NCBI RefSeq assembly: GCF_009914755.1
Contig: NC_060935.1
DNA: 64,000 nt
Origin: the human T2T-CHM13v2.0 reference genome, Homo sapiens
Reading direction: 5' to 3' (one strand)
A program made the position numbers and the translations under genes. Below are positions 14,300 through 31,462 of the stretch, piece by piece (position 1 is the first letter of the stretch; the number at the start of each line of letters is the position of its first letter). The notes beneath the pieces were generated by a model that saw nothing but the letters and a program-made list of their open reading frames with translations, was not told the origin of the DNA and ran no database searches.

Positions 14300-14635
14300 T
14301 TGCACTACATAATATTGTTTCAGTCAATGACAGACCACATATACAACAGTGTTTTCATAAGATAGTATTTTTTACTGTACTGTCTCTATCTTTAGATATG
14401 TTTAGGTACACAAATACTTACCATTGCATTACAGTTGCCTACAAAATTCAACAGAGTAACATGCTGTATCGGTTTGTAGCCCAGGAGCAATGGGCTACAC
14501 CAAACAGCCTAGGTGTGTAGTAGGCTATACCATCTAAGTCTGCGTAAATGCATTCTATGATGTTCAATGATGAAATTGACTACTTCATGACACATTTCTC
14601 AAAATGTATCCCTACTCTTAAATGACGCATGACTG
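14300..14635 (-). mobile_element. Tigger3a/MER7-like non-autonomous DNA transposon
   Basis: Ends ...gacgcatgactg; internal cctaggtgtgtagtaggctataccatcta is typical of Tigger3. Confidence 0.75.
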
Positions 14636-15031
14636 TTTTTGTTGCCTTCAGAGAACATAGCTTCCTCCACCAGGCTTGCTGCCCTGTAAGGATAGGGGCT
14701 AGGTCCATTTCACTCACTAATGTAGATCTGAAGCTTTATAAACTGCTAACTACACAGTGGACTCCTGATAGATATTTGCTAAGTTATTAAAGTAGTTGTT
14801 TTGACCTAACATAGCTTAAAAAAGAATATGAGAAGAGAGTACTAAAAAGGGAATGTGAACAGCAATGTGATTTTTAAAAACCACTTTGTTGTTTTTTTAT
14901 ATAGGATATTTGTTCAAAGAAGTTATTCCTAACCTTTATGCATAAGAACCATTACTAAGTAATGCAAGTAACAAATAAATCTGTAGAACTTCATATAATT
15001 GTACTCTTAGCATTTGTTGATTGAGAAAATA

Positions 15032-15100
15032 AGACAATGGCAAAAAGTACTCTGAATTCAGTGACTAGACAATGGCAAAAAGTACTCTGAATTCAGTGAC
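15032..15100. repeat. Perfect 34-bp tandem duplication (1-nt spacer)
   Basis: agacaatggcaaaaagtactctgaattcagtgac at 15032-15065 and 15067-15100. Confidence 0.97.
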
Positions 15101-15759
15101 AGTTTAGAATGACTTTGTATTATATTTTTGCACCTCTGAAAAATAACGACACCTGGTATTTTGGGTAATCTAAGCAGAGAATAGGCATGTGGGGTCAGTG
15201 GTCCCCCACTCCCCTGCCCGCTGCATTGACATCAGGAGATGACAGGCATGGGAGCTTTGTTGGCTGGAAGGAGGGAAGATTTGGGCTGAGACGCTGGGGG
15301 TGAGCAAGGGGGGATAAGAAAGCGGATGGACATGGTGGCTGAATAGTTGTCTCTCATTCAAGCTGATGGATGAGGTTTTGAGGGATTGAATCAGAAGCAG
15401 AGGTAATGATTTGGGGGAGGCTTAGGGGGAAAGAAGCTCCATTTGGAGAATATTTTCTTTGTGGCCAATCTACAGTATGGCTACCCCTGTACTCTGCCTT
15501 CCCTCCTGTTACAATTCATACTCCTGACATTTCAATACCAAATCTTAGTCCTTCTCACCCACTCAGGGACTTTTCTCTGAAATCATTTGCCCTCTTGTCT
15601 GCATCCTCTAATAGTCCCTCTCACACATAATGTATTCCGTGGAGAAATATCACTCTCTTCATTTCCTCTCCTCCAATTCTCCCTTGAACCTTCTCCAGTC
15701 AGGTCATTCCTCTCCTTATCCCAACCAAATTATTCTTGGCAAGGCCTTCAAAGATTTCT

Positions 15760-16790
15760 AAATGTCAAAAAACAATGGCCAATTCTCAGTCCTGGTCTTA
15801 ACCCGGGTAAGTACTTAACACATTGATCGTTTCCTTCTTCTTTTAACGCTCTTATTCATTTGGCTTCCACATATTTCATTCTTGTAGTCACTCTTTCAGT
15901 CTCTCTGTCTAGCTCTTTTTCATCTTCTCAACTTCTAAATCTTTGAGTACACCAAGCTCAGTCCTCAGACTTCTCTTAGATATCTATGCTCTTTCTAGGT
16001 GTCTGCATCTAGTTCTATGTCTCTAATATCATCTAGACATTAATGATTACCAAATTTACAGTTCTAGACCCAGCTTTTCCAAGAAACTCTAGACTCAACT
16101 ATGCAACTGTATTCTCAGCATCTCCACTTGTATTTCTAACAGACCCCTCAAATTAATATGTTTAGAGCAGAACTTTGATGCATTGGTCCAAACATGCATC
16201 TTCTAGGTTTGTAACTTCATTTACACACCTGCTGCTCTAGCCCCAAACTCTAGAGTCATTACTGATACCTCACTTATTTTCTCACCTCATATCTAATACA
16301 TCAGCAAATCCTAGTGGATAACCATGAAAATATAACCCAAATCCAAATACCTGTTTCCACTGCTTGCACCATAATTTATGTCCCCACAATCACAGTTGGA
16401 CTATTGTAACATATGCTGGCTGGTTTCCCAGCTTTCACTTTTTGTAGACTATTTTCTATACAACTTTAAAGACTTAATCAGACTATGTCATTCTTGCTTG
16501 ATATTTTCAGTGACTCCTGATCCTACTTAGAATGAAGTTAAAATTCATATCAAGCTCTACAAGGCCCAACTTACCCTTGCATAGATGGTCTCTCTTCTAT
16601 TCTCCCTCATGCTCCACCCATATTGATGCCCATCTTGCCCTTGAAGTGTGTTTCTGCCTTGGGGTCTTACACTGACGAGTTCCTCTGCATGAAATGATTT
16701 TTTCCTTGGATATTTGCATGGCTTGCTTCCTCACCTAATTTATATTTCTGCATATCGCCTTATCAGATAGCTTGTTTTTATCTATCCTAT
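15760..16790 (+). mobile_element. Degraded LINE-2 fragment
   Basis: L2-like motifs (ctcagcatctccacttg, cagcaaatcct, tgcatggcttgcttcctcac); boundaries approximate. Confidence 0.55.
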
Positions 16791-16799
16791 AGATATTTA

Positions 16800-17670
16800 T
16801 AACATATATACCCAAAATACACAAAGAATTCCTATAAATCAGAAAGAAAAGGCATGAACAGATATTTCACAGAGGAAGAAATATATAGATGACAAAATAC
16901 AACAATATGACTGACCTCATTATTAACCAGAGAAATGCAAAGTAAGACCACATGAGACATCATCTACCTAAAACGGCAAGGACACAGAATACAGGAACAC
17001 ACAAAACAATGAAGAGCTGCCATGGAGTGTAAACTACTACTACTTTAAAAACAATCTAGCATTATCTAGTAAAGCCCAGCATGAGCATGTATTACAGTCA
17101 GAAATTTCATGCCCAGGTGTGCAGGTTACCTACAGAAACTCTCACACATGAACCACCAGAATACATGTAAAATAATGTTCACAATTGAACTGTAGGTAAA
17201 GCACAGCAAATATCAAGTGGAAGTACATGTCAATACATGAGAATAAATAAATGGGAGATACTCATACAATGAAATCATACAGTGTAGGAAAAAACAAACC
17301 AGAATAATACAAATCAAAATAAAAAACACAAATATAATATTAGGCAGTAAGATCAAATTGCATAAATATACATAGCATTTCTATGGAGTAGAAAAAAACA
17401 TCTCAAAACTAAAAAATCTATTAGTGAGAAATACATAGATATTAAAAAATCCTACAGAATAATATAAGAAAATGACCAACTCCAAATTAAAGATATAGAG
17501 GTTTCTGGAGAAAGATAAAGAGGAATGTGATAAGGAAGAAATATGCAATCAATTTCAAGTGTAGTGATAATATTCATATTTTCTTAAGCCAACTGAGTCC
17601 AGAGGTGGATGTTAATCATATTGTTTCTATATGTCATTTGCTTTATATGCATTTTTTTATGAATAAAATA
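16800..17670 (+). mobile_element. Old L1M (mammalian-wide) 3' fragment
   Basis: Degenerate L1 ORF2 end/3'UTR motifs (gaacagatatttcacagaggaaga, agaaatgcaaagtaagaccaca). Confidence 0.55.
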
Positions 17671-17691
17671 TATTAAAAAGTATGGCTTATT

Positions 17692-19530
17692 CTTAGGATA
17701 CAAAATCAATGTGCAAAAATCACAGTCATTCCTATACACCAATAATAGACAAACAGAGAGCCAAATCATGAGTGAACTCCCATTCACAATTGCTACAAAG
17801 AGAATTAAATGCCCAGGAATACAACTTACAAGGGATGTGAAGGGCCTCTTCAAGGAGAACTACAAAACACTGCTCAAGGAAATCAGGGCACAAACAAATG
17901 GAAAAACATTCCATATTCATAGATAGGAAGAATGTATATTTTGAAAATGGCCATAGTGACCAAAGTAATTTATAGATCCAATAATAGCTCCATCAAGCTA
18001 ACATTGACTTTCTTCACAAAATTAGAAAAAAATTACTTTAAATTTCATATGGAACCAAAAAAGAGCCTGTATAGCCAAGACATCCTAAGTCAAAAGAACA
18101 AAGCTGGAGGTATCATGCTACCTGACTTCAAACTATACTTCAACTCTACAGTAACTAAAACAGCATGGTACTGGTACCCAAACAGATATATAGACCAATA
18201 GAACAGAACAGAGGCCTCAGAAGTAACGTCACAAATCTACAACCATCTGATCTTTGACAAACCTGACCAAAAAAAACAATGGGGAAAGGATTCCCTATTT
18301 AATAAATGGTGTTGGGGAAACTGGCTAGCCATATGCAGAAAACTGAAAGTGGACCCCTTCCCTACACCTAATACAAAAATTAACTCAAGATGGACTAAAG
18401 ACTTAAACATAAGACCTAAAACCATAAAAACCTTGGAAGAAAACCTAGGCAATACCATTCAGGACATAGGCATGGGCAAAGACTTCATGACTAAAACACC
18501 AAAAGCAATGGCAACAAAAGACAAAATTGACAAATGGGATCTAATTAAACTAAAGACCTTCTGCACAGCAAAAGAAACTATCATCGGAGTGAACAGGCAA
18601 CCTATAGAATGGGAGAAAATCTCTGCAATTTATCCATCTGACAAAGGGCTAATATCCAGAGTCTACAGGGAACTTAAACAAATTTACAAGAAAAAAAAAA
18701 CATCAAAAAGTGGGTGAAGGGTATGAATAGACACTTCTCAAAAGAAGACATTTATGTGGCCAAAAAACATGGAAAAAAGCTCATCTTCACTGGTCATGAG
18801 AGAAATGCAAATCAAAACCACAATGAGATACCATCTCACACCAGTTAGAATGGCGATCATTAAAAAGTCAGGAAACAACAGATGCTGGAGAGGATGTGGA
18901 GAAATAGGAAAGCTTTTACACTGTTGGTGGGAGTGTAAATTAGTTCAACCACTGTAGAAGACAGTGTGATGATTCCTCAAAGATCTAGAACCAGAAATGC
19001 CATTTGACCCAGTAATCCCATTACTGGGTATATACCCAAAGGATTATAAATCATTGTACCATAAGACACATGCACATGTATGTTTACTGCAGCAGTATTC
19101 ACAATAGCAAAGACTTGGAGCCAACCCAAATCCTCATCAGTGAGAGACTGGATAAAGAAAATGTGGCACATATACACCATGGAATACTATGCAGCCATCA
19201 AAAGGGATGAGTTCATGTCTTTTGCAGGGACATGGATGAAGCTGGAAACCATTCTCAGTAAATTAACACAAGAACAGAAAACCAAACACTGCATATTCTC
19301 TCATAAGTGGGAGGTGAACAATGAGAACACATGGACACAGGGAGAGGAACATCACACACCAGGGCCTGTTGAGGGGTGGGGAGCTAGGGGAGGGATAGCA
19401 CTAGTAGAAACATCTAATGTAGATGATGGATTGTTGGGTGCAGCAAACCACCATGGCACATGTATATCTATGTAACAAACCTGCATATTCTGTACATGTA
19501 TCCCAGAACTTAAATTAAAAAAAAAAAAAG
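17692..19530 (+). mobile_element. 5'-truncated L1PA7-like LINE-1 (copy A of tandem)
   Basis: ORF2 C-terminal fragments in the ORF track, L1PA 3'UTR and poly(A) at 19517-19529; preceded by TSD aaaaagtatggcttatt (17675-17691). Confidence 0.95.
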
Positions 19531-19954
19531 TAGAGTGGTTGCTGGCTGGCAAGATGGCTGAATAGGAATAGCTCCGGTCTGTAGCTCCCAACGCGATCAA
19601 CACAGAAGGTGGGTGATTTCTGCATTTTCAACTGAGGTACCCGCCTCATCTCATTGGGACTGGCTAGACAGTAGCTACAGCCCATGGAGAGCGAGCTGAA
19701 GCAGGGTGGGGCATTGCCTTACCCGGGAAGTACAAAGAGTGGGGAAACTCCCTCCCTTAGCCAAGGGAAGCCGTGAGTGACTGTGCTGTAAGGAACAATG
19801 TGTTCCGGCCCAGATACTATGCTTTCCCCATGGTCTTTGCAACCCACAGACCAGGAGATTCCCTTGGGTGCCTAAATCACCAGGGCCCTGGGTTTCAAGC
19901 ACAAAACTGGGCAGCCATTTGGGCAGACAATGAACTAGCTGCAGGAGTTTTTTT

Positions 19955-20173
19955 TCATACCCCAGTGGCACCTGGAATGCCAGTGAGACAGAACCATTCA
20001 CTCCCCTGGAAGGGGGGCTGAAGCCAGGGAGCCAAGTGATCTAGCTCAGCAGATACCATCCCCACAGAGCCCAGTAAGTTGAGATTCACTGGCTTGAAAT
20101 TCTCGCTGCCAGCACAGCAGTGTGAAGTCGACCTGGGACGCTGGAGCATGGTGGTGGGAGGGGCGTCCACCAT
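19955..20173 (-). other. L1 ORF0-like antisense ORF (72 aa, MVDAPPTTMLQRPRSTSHCCAG...)
   Basis: Position in the 5'UTR and N-terminal similarity to primate L1 ORF0 (MAGAPPPASLPPCSLISDCCAS). Confidence 0.6.
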
Positions 20174-20879
20174 TACTGAGGCTTGAGTAGGCAGTTTTCC
20201 CCTCACAGTGTAAGCAAAACCACCTGGAACTTCAAACTGGGCAGAGCCCACTGCAGCATGGCAAAGCTGCTGTAGCCAGACTGCCTCTCTAGACTCCTCT
20301 CTGGGCAGGGCATCTCTGAAAGAAAGGCAGCAGCCCCAGTCAGGGGCTTATACATAAAACTCCCATCTCCCTGGGACAGAGAACCTGGGGGAAGGGGTGG
20401 CTGTGGGCGCAGCTTCAGCAGACTTAAACGTTCCTGCCTGCTGGCTCTGAAGAGACCAGCGGATCTCCCAGCGCAGTGCTCAAGCTCTGCTAAAGGACAA
20501 ACTGCCTCCTCAAGTGGGTCCCTGACCCCTGTGCCTCCTGACTGGGAGATACCTCCCAGCAGGGGTCGACAGACACCTCACACAGGAGAGCTCTGGCTGG
20601 CAATCTGGTGGGTGCCCTGCTGGGATGAAGATTCCAGAGGAAGGAACAGGCAGCAATCTTTGCTGTACTGCAGAGTCCGCTAGTGATACCCAGGCAAACA
20701 GGGTCTGGAGTGGACCTCCAGCAAACTCCAGCAGACCTGCAGCAGAGGGGCCTGACTGTTAGAAGGAAAACTAACAAACAGAAAGGAATAGCATCAACAT
20801 CAACAAAAAGGATGTCCACACAAAAACCCCATCTGAAGGTCACCAACATCAAAGACCAAAGGTAGATAAATCCATGAAG

Positions 20880-21905
20880 ATGAGGAAAAACCAGTGCAAA
20901 AAGGCTGAAAATTCCAAAAATCAGAATGCCTCTTCTCCTCCAAAAGATCACAACTCCTCACCAGCAAGGGAATAAAACTGGACGGAGAATGAGTTTGACA
21001 AATTGACAGAAGTAGGCTTCAGGAGGCGGGTAATGACAAACTCCTCTGAGTTAATGGAGCATGTTCTAACCCAATGCAAGGAAGCTAAGAACCTTGAAAA
21101 AAGGTTAGAGGAATTGCTACCTAGAATAACCATTTTAGAGAAGAACATAAATGACCTGATGGAGCTGAAAAACACAGCACAAGAACTGTGTGAAGCATAC
21201 ACAAATATCAGCAGCCAAATTTATCAAGCAGAAGAAAGGATATCAGAGATTGAAGATCAACTGAATGAAATAAAGCATGAATACAAGATTAGAGAATAAA
21301 GAATGAAAAGGAACAAACAAAGCCTCCAAGAAATATGGGACTATGTGAAAAGACCAAACTTACGTTTGATTGGTGTACCTGAAAGTGACGGGGAGAATGG
21401 AACCAAGTTGGAAAACACTCTTCGGGATAGTATCCAGGAGAACTTCCCCAACCTAGCAAGACAGGCCAACATTCAAATTCAGGAAATACAGAGAACACCA
21501 CAAAGATACTCCTCGAGAAGAGCAACCCCAAGACACATAACTGTCAGATTCACCAAGATTGAAATGAAGGAAAAAACGGTAAGGGCAGCCAAAGAGAAAG
21601 GTCGGGTTACCCACAAAGGGAAGCCCATCAGACTAACAGCAGATCTCTCTGCTGAAACCCTACATGCCAGAAGAGAGTGGAGGCCAATATTCAACATTTC
21701 TAAAGAAAAGAATTTTCAACCCAGAATTTCATATCCAGCCAAACTAAGCTTCATAAGCAAAGGAGAAATAAACTCCTTTACAGACAAGCAAAAGCTGAGA
21801 GATTTTGTCACCACGAGGCCTGCCTTACAAGAGCTCCTGAAGGAAGCACTAAACATGGAAAGGAACAACCGGTACCAGCCACTGCAAAAACATGCCAAAT
21901 TGTAA
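20880..21905 (+). pseudogene. L1 ORF1p pseudo-ORF
   Basis: One reading frame kept from ATG 20880 to TAA 21905, interrupted by premature TAA at 20973 and 21297; ORF1p motifs RPNLRLIGVPE, YPAKLS. Confidence 0.92.
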
Positions 21906-21968
21906 AGACCATCGATGCTAGGAAGAAACTGCATCAACTAATGGGCAAAATAACCAGCTAGCATCATA

Positions 21969-25780
<3,812 letters not shown>

Positions 25781-28113
25781 AACAATGAGAACACATGGAC
25801 ACAGGGAGGGGAATGTCACACACAGGGATCTGTCGGGGGGTGGGGGGCTAAGGGAGGGATAACATTAGAAGAAATACCTAATGTAGATGATGGGTTGATG
25901 GGTGCAGCAAAACATCATGGCACGTGTATACCTATGTAACAAACCTTCACGTTCTGCACGTGTATCCCAGAACTTAAAATATAATAAAAAATTTGAAATA
26001 AATAAATATAAATTAAAAAATTGAAAACATTAAAAAGTATGGCTTATTTAAATATCATGCATTGAAAAGATAAGATGAAGAGTCTAGGAAACAGTATTGC
26101 ACAATTATTCTTGATGTATATGTGACTGAATCTGGATGATGATACTATGAGAAGAAATTTTTATGACAAGTGATATGAAAGGTTTTTGAGAGAGATTAGA
26201 AGTGAAAGCTTAAATATAACCTAAAAATAAAAATTTTGAAATATCTCAGCAAAAATCCTATAGAGAATGGGAGCAGGGAGAAGAAAAGCTTATAAACTTC
26301 TTTAGCATGTTTTAATAAAATAATTTGGTAAAATAGGGCAGGCATAATTATTTAATTCTGATAAAAGAAGAATACAGATTTTTGTATTTTCTACTAATTT
26401 TTCTATATCTTTACTATTTTTTTAAAACTACAAATGGAATTTTTTTTTTTTTTTTTTTTTTTTTTTTGCGACAGAGTTTGTTTTATACTGCCTCATAATT
26501 ACCTCTTTTCCTTTTTCTTTCTTTGCTACCTTGGTCAAGTTTCCCTTTATTTTCTCTTTCCTATTTAACTTTTTCTATTAATTCAGAAGTTTTAATTTGC
26601 TTTTCCAGTTTCCTAGTGTTTGTATTCCCATCCTGAACAATCTCTGTATTTTTCTTTTATTATATCAGAAGTCTCTCTGTAGTTCAGGTGAATTTATAGA
26701 CAGTCATCCTTACACTACCTATATAAAATTATGGAAGGATGTCTAGAGGCATGCTTCTACTTCAGATTACCAAAATGATAATGACCACTGCGCAGTGCTG
26801 GGATCAGTCCACTGGCACTACACTTTAACAATCCTTTATAGCACTGATAGTGCTTGCCTTCCATTTTTCAGGATTCACCTCCAATTTCCAGATCAAAACA
26901 GAGTGTGCCTTTGTATATACTTCAAAGAAAACAAAGATGCTAGACAACAGGAAATATAAAGTGAAATCAGGTATTTTCCAAAAACCAAAACTATACTAGA
27001 ATTGATTTTTTTAAATGTATATGTCTTAATCATTCAAATAAAGTCAACTACAATGGAGGAGATATTTGAACCCCTCAATTCTAACTTTTTACTGAGTCTA
27101 GAAAATAATAAATGCTTGTAGATACTACTGAAAAGTTCTAGTTGGCAAACCATAAAAGACATCCCATACAAACACAGAAAAATTTTAAGCAAAGAAATGA
27201 GAATGAATAGTCTGAGGACCATCCCCAGCTAGCATGTGTGAGATGGTGTTTAGGGTAAACAACCAGACTGATGAGAAGGACATCAGTTGGCTGCAGGCTC
27301 CAATGCAGTGAACTTGGGGAGCAATGTGAGAGGTGCTGTCTCTGAGAGATGCTGATTCAAAGGCCAGGATTTGGGTGGAAAAAGAGATGCCCATTAAGAA
27401 GAAGATTCTGTGAGGTCTAGAGAGGTAGGTGGTAGCCATCACCCACAGTAGATCTTGCCTTAAAGAGGAAAAATGATTTTTGTTCTTAGGGTATTAAAGG
27501 CACAGAGCAGGACTCTGTACTTCTAGAAAAGATACCACTGTGTCCTAAATTCAAGAATTTTGCAGTTCTTCCAAAGAAGACTTGTAGCCTTGTTGGCTGT
27601 CAAGTGTAGGAGGAGAAAACAAAAAAACAACAAAAATCTTTACTACACAACCCATACTCTCTAGCCCAGAAAGTTATTCTCTTTGCCATAAGAAGTGGTT
27701 GAATCTAGGTGGAGGAGGAGGTAGGGGGAGAAGGAGAGAAACTGGCTTTCTAACACAACCTTTTAAAATGTGAAGATAAGGCTTGCTACCAAAAAAGAAA
27801 ATAATAGAAAAAAAGAAAAACCCATAAAACCTGTAACTGTGGATTTAAAAAATTTCAAAGAAGATAACTATTCATTTAATCATTCTTTTATGTAGAAAGC
27901 GACTTATTTTTGAAAGAGCTAATTACCTTATACTAGTTTAGCATTTTTACAACTGCAAAATATAAAGCTGTATTCATTTCAGATATTTTTTTGTGAGTCA
28001 TTAAACAAAAATGTTTTCTAGAAGAAAGAAGATGGAAGCAGAACACCTAAAGTAGAAGATATATTATCATCCTTAAGGGTGTAACTATCTTCCCACTCAG
28101 TGCTGTACAGCAG

Positions 28114-28142
28114 TGAACTAAAGCAAAAGTTCACTGTGACCT
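28114..28142. promoter_or_regulatory. Candidate composite nuclear-receptor element: ER8 overlapping an ERE-like IR3
   Basis: TGAACT-aaagcaaa-AGTTCA-ctg-TGACCT. Motif match only; no functional evidence. Confidence 0.45.
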
Positions 28143-28419
28143 GTTCAAGGTAGGGAAGTGATTCATTAAAGACAAGAATCATATGCAACGAAGAAATCAA
28201 ATAACTCAAAACATAATTTTTATAATCAAAACATAGCCACGGAAGCAGATAAGAACAAACTGCTCCTAACAAAATCTATGTCATGACATGTCAAAACATA
28301 TTTATTACCTCTATTATTCTACTGTAAGATTTTATTAAATCTTTTAAAAGCTTTCTAATATTCTCTCATGTTTTATCTTTTGTTATTTAAATGGTCTCTA
28401 TGTCAGAAATGAGAATTCT

Positions 28420-29355
28420 TAACCATAACAGCATGATATTGGTATAAAAACAGACACAAAGACCAATGGAACAGAATAGAGAACCCAGAAATAAAGCCAT
28501 GCATTAACAGTCAACTCATTTTTGACAAAGGTGCCATGGATATACATTGGGGAAAGGGCAATCTCTTCAATAAATGCTGCTGGGAAAACTGGCTACCTAT
28601 ATGCAGAAAACAGAACTAGATCACTATCACTCACCACATACGAAAATAAAATCAAAATCGATTAAAGACTTAAGTGTAAGATCTGAAACTACAAAACTAC
28701 TACAAGAAAACTTTGGGGAACTGCTTTAAGACTTTTGGGTAAATATTTTTGTAGTAAGACCTCAAGGCATAGGCAATCAAGGCAAAAATTGACAAATGGA
28801 ATTTCATCAAGCTAAAAAGCTTCCGCACAGCAAAGGAAATAGTTAACAATGTGAAGAGACAAAGAATGAGAGAAAATATTTGAAAACTATTCATCTGACA
28901 AGGAGTTAATTATCAGAATATATAAGGAACTCAGCTCAATAGCAAAAAAAAAAAGTAATCCCATTTAAAAATAGGCAAAATGAACAGAAATTTCTTGAAA
29001 GAAGACATACAAATGCCAACAGATATATGAAAAAATGCTCAACATCACTAATCATCAGGGAAATGCAAATAAAACCACAATAAGATATTATCTCACTCCA
29101 GTTAAAATGGCTGTTACTAAAAAGACAAAAAATAAATGCTGGTGAGGATATGGAGAAAGAGAAATTCTCGTACACTGTTGGTAGTAATCTAAATTAGTAC
29201 TGTAACTATGGAAAACAGTATGGAGGTTCCTAAAACTAAAAACAGAACTACCACGTGATGCAGCAATCCTACTGTTGGGCATATAGCCAAAAGAAAGAAA
29301 ACTGGTATATTGAAGATATTATCTGCATTCACATGTTTCCTGCAGCACTATATAT
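28420..29355 (+). mobile_element. Older L1 (L1MA/L1PB-like) ORF2 3' fragment
   Basis: gaccaatggaacagaatagagaacccagaa, aaaatgctcaacatcactaatcatcaggg; no 3'UTR visible. Confidence 0.85.
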
Positions 29356-30615
29356 AATTGTCATTTACCCCTCCTGTGTAGAGATCTTGGTGCAGGGGGC
29401 CCCTCTCTATTCCATGCCAAAGCAGATCTCCAGGCATCTGGAGCACCCACTCTCCTGAATCAGGAGCTTAGGATGCCTCCCATGCAGAGAATTTGCAGCT
29501 GAGGAGGTTTCCAAGCTTCAGGTCTGTGTACAACTCTGGGTGCTTGGTGGCCACCCACTGGATTCTTCCTTGGCACTGGTGCTTGTGCTTGCCATCAGGG
29601 GACGCAGGTGGACCTGCTCGGTCCAAACTTGCCCTTTGTGGTTCCCTTCTCCTTGGGGCTGAGCAGGGAGTTCCAACTACTGTGCATTCTATGAATCAGA
29701 ATCAGCCTATTGCCTAAGACAATGGAGAGCTTTTGCTCGGAAACAAGGATCAAGTATATATCCAGCCACATTGGTCACAGCCAGCTCTTACCTATACGTG
29801 CCGCCTATGGGCCTGTGGGATGACCTGCAGAGCCCAGTATAAAACCTGCTGAAAGAAGCACATAGGGCTGTAGAATCAAAGTGAAAAGATCCTACCCAGC
29901 ATTCTTTAGAGGCACAAGCCCTAGAAAAGGGGTAAAAGGGAAACAAAAAAAATTATTAAAATAATAATAATAATACCATTATAGGGAAAGAAAAAAAAAA
30001 GAAAAACTACTACCCACATGAAAATAAGTACAAAAATTTGAAGTGCCAATGTCTCCAGATGAGAAGAAACCAGTGCAAGAATTCTGGCATAATGAAAAAT
30101 CTGATTGCAGTGACATCACTAAGGGATTGCACTAGCTTTCCAGCAATGGTCCCTAACCAAGATGGAAACTCAGAAATGACACATAAATAATTCAAAGCAT
30201 GGATTGCAAGGAAGTTCATTGTAATCAAAGACAAGGTTGAAAACCAACACAAACTTCTAAAGCAATCTAGGAAATTAAGAAAGACATGAACATCTTAAAA
30301 AAAATCAATAGTAGCTTCTGGAATTGAAAAACTCACTTAAAGCCTTCAATTATATTTTGAAATTCGTTATCAATAGACTGGATCAAGCAGAAGAAAAAAT
30401 TTTAAAGCTTGAAGGCTGGTCTTGTGAACTAACCCAATCTGATAAAAATAAAGAAAAAAATTATTTTAAATGAGCTGTTTTTGAGAAATATAAGATTATA
30501 TAAAGCAAAAAAACCCTATGAATTATTGGCATTCCTCAGAAAGTAGGAGAAAAAGAAAACAAACTGGAAAATATAGTTGAGGGAATAATTCAAGAAAACT
30601 TTCCTAATCTTGCTA

Positions 30616-30979
<364 letters not shown>

Positions 30980-31462
30980 TCACCAGAATGTTCAAAGGCA
31001 ATATTACAGAAAAAATCTTAAAGGCAGCCAGAGAAAAGTGCAGATCACATAAAAAGGGAACTCTATCAGGATAATAACAGATTTCTCAGCAGAGGTTTGC
31101 AAGCTAGGAGAGATTGGGGGCCTGTTTTCAGCGTTCTTAAAAGAAATTTCAACCAAGAATTTCACATCCTGCCAAACTATGCTTCATAAGTGCAGGACAA
31201 ATAAAATCTTTTCCAGGCAATCAAGTGCTAAAGGAATTTGTTACCACTAGACCATCCTTACAAGAGATCCTTACATGGGAGTTCTAAACATGGAAGCAAA
31301 AGAACCATACCTGCTTCCACATAAACACACTTAAGCACATAGCCTGCACACCCTACAAAGCAAAAACACAATAGAAACAACAAAGCAAACAGCTAACAAC
31401 TAAACAAGGGATCAAAACCTCACATATAAAAATTAACCTTGAACGTAAATGGTCTAAATGCC

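Noticed and set aside
15032-15100. 34-bp direct repeat as a CRISPR-like array
   Set aside because: Only two copies, no spacer, eukaryotic intron.
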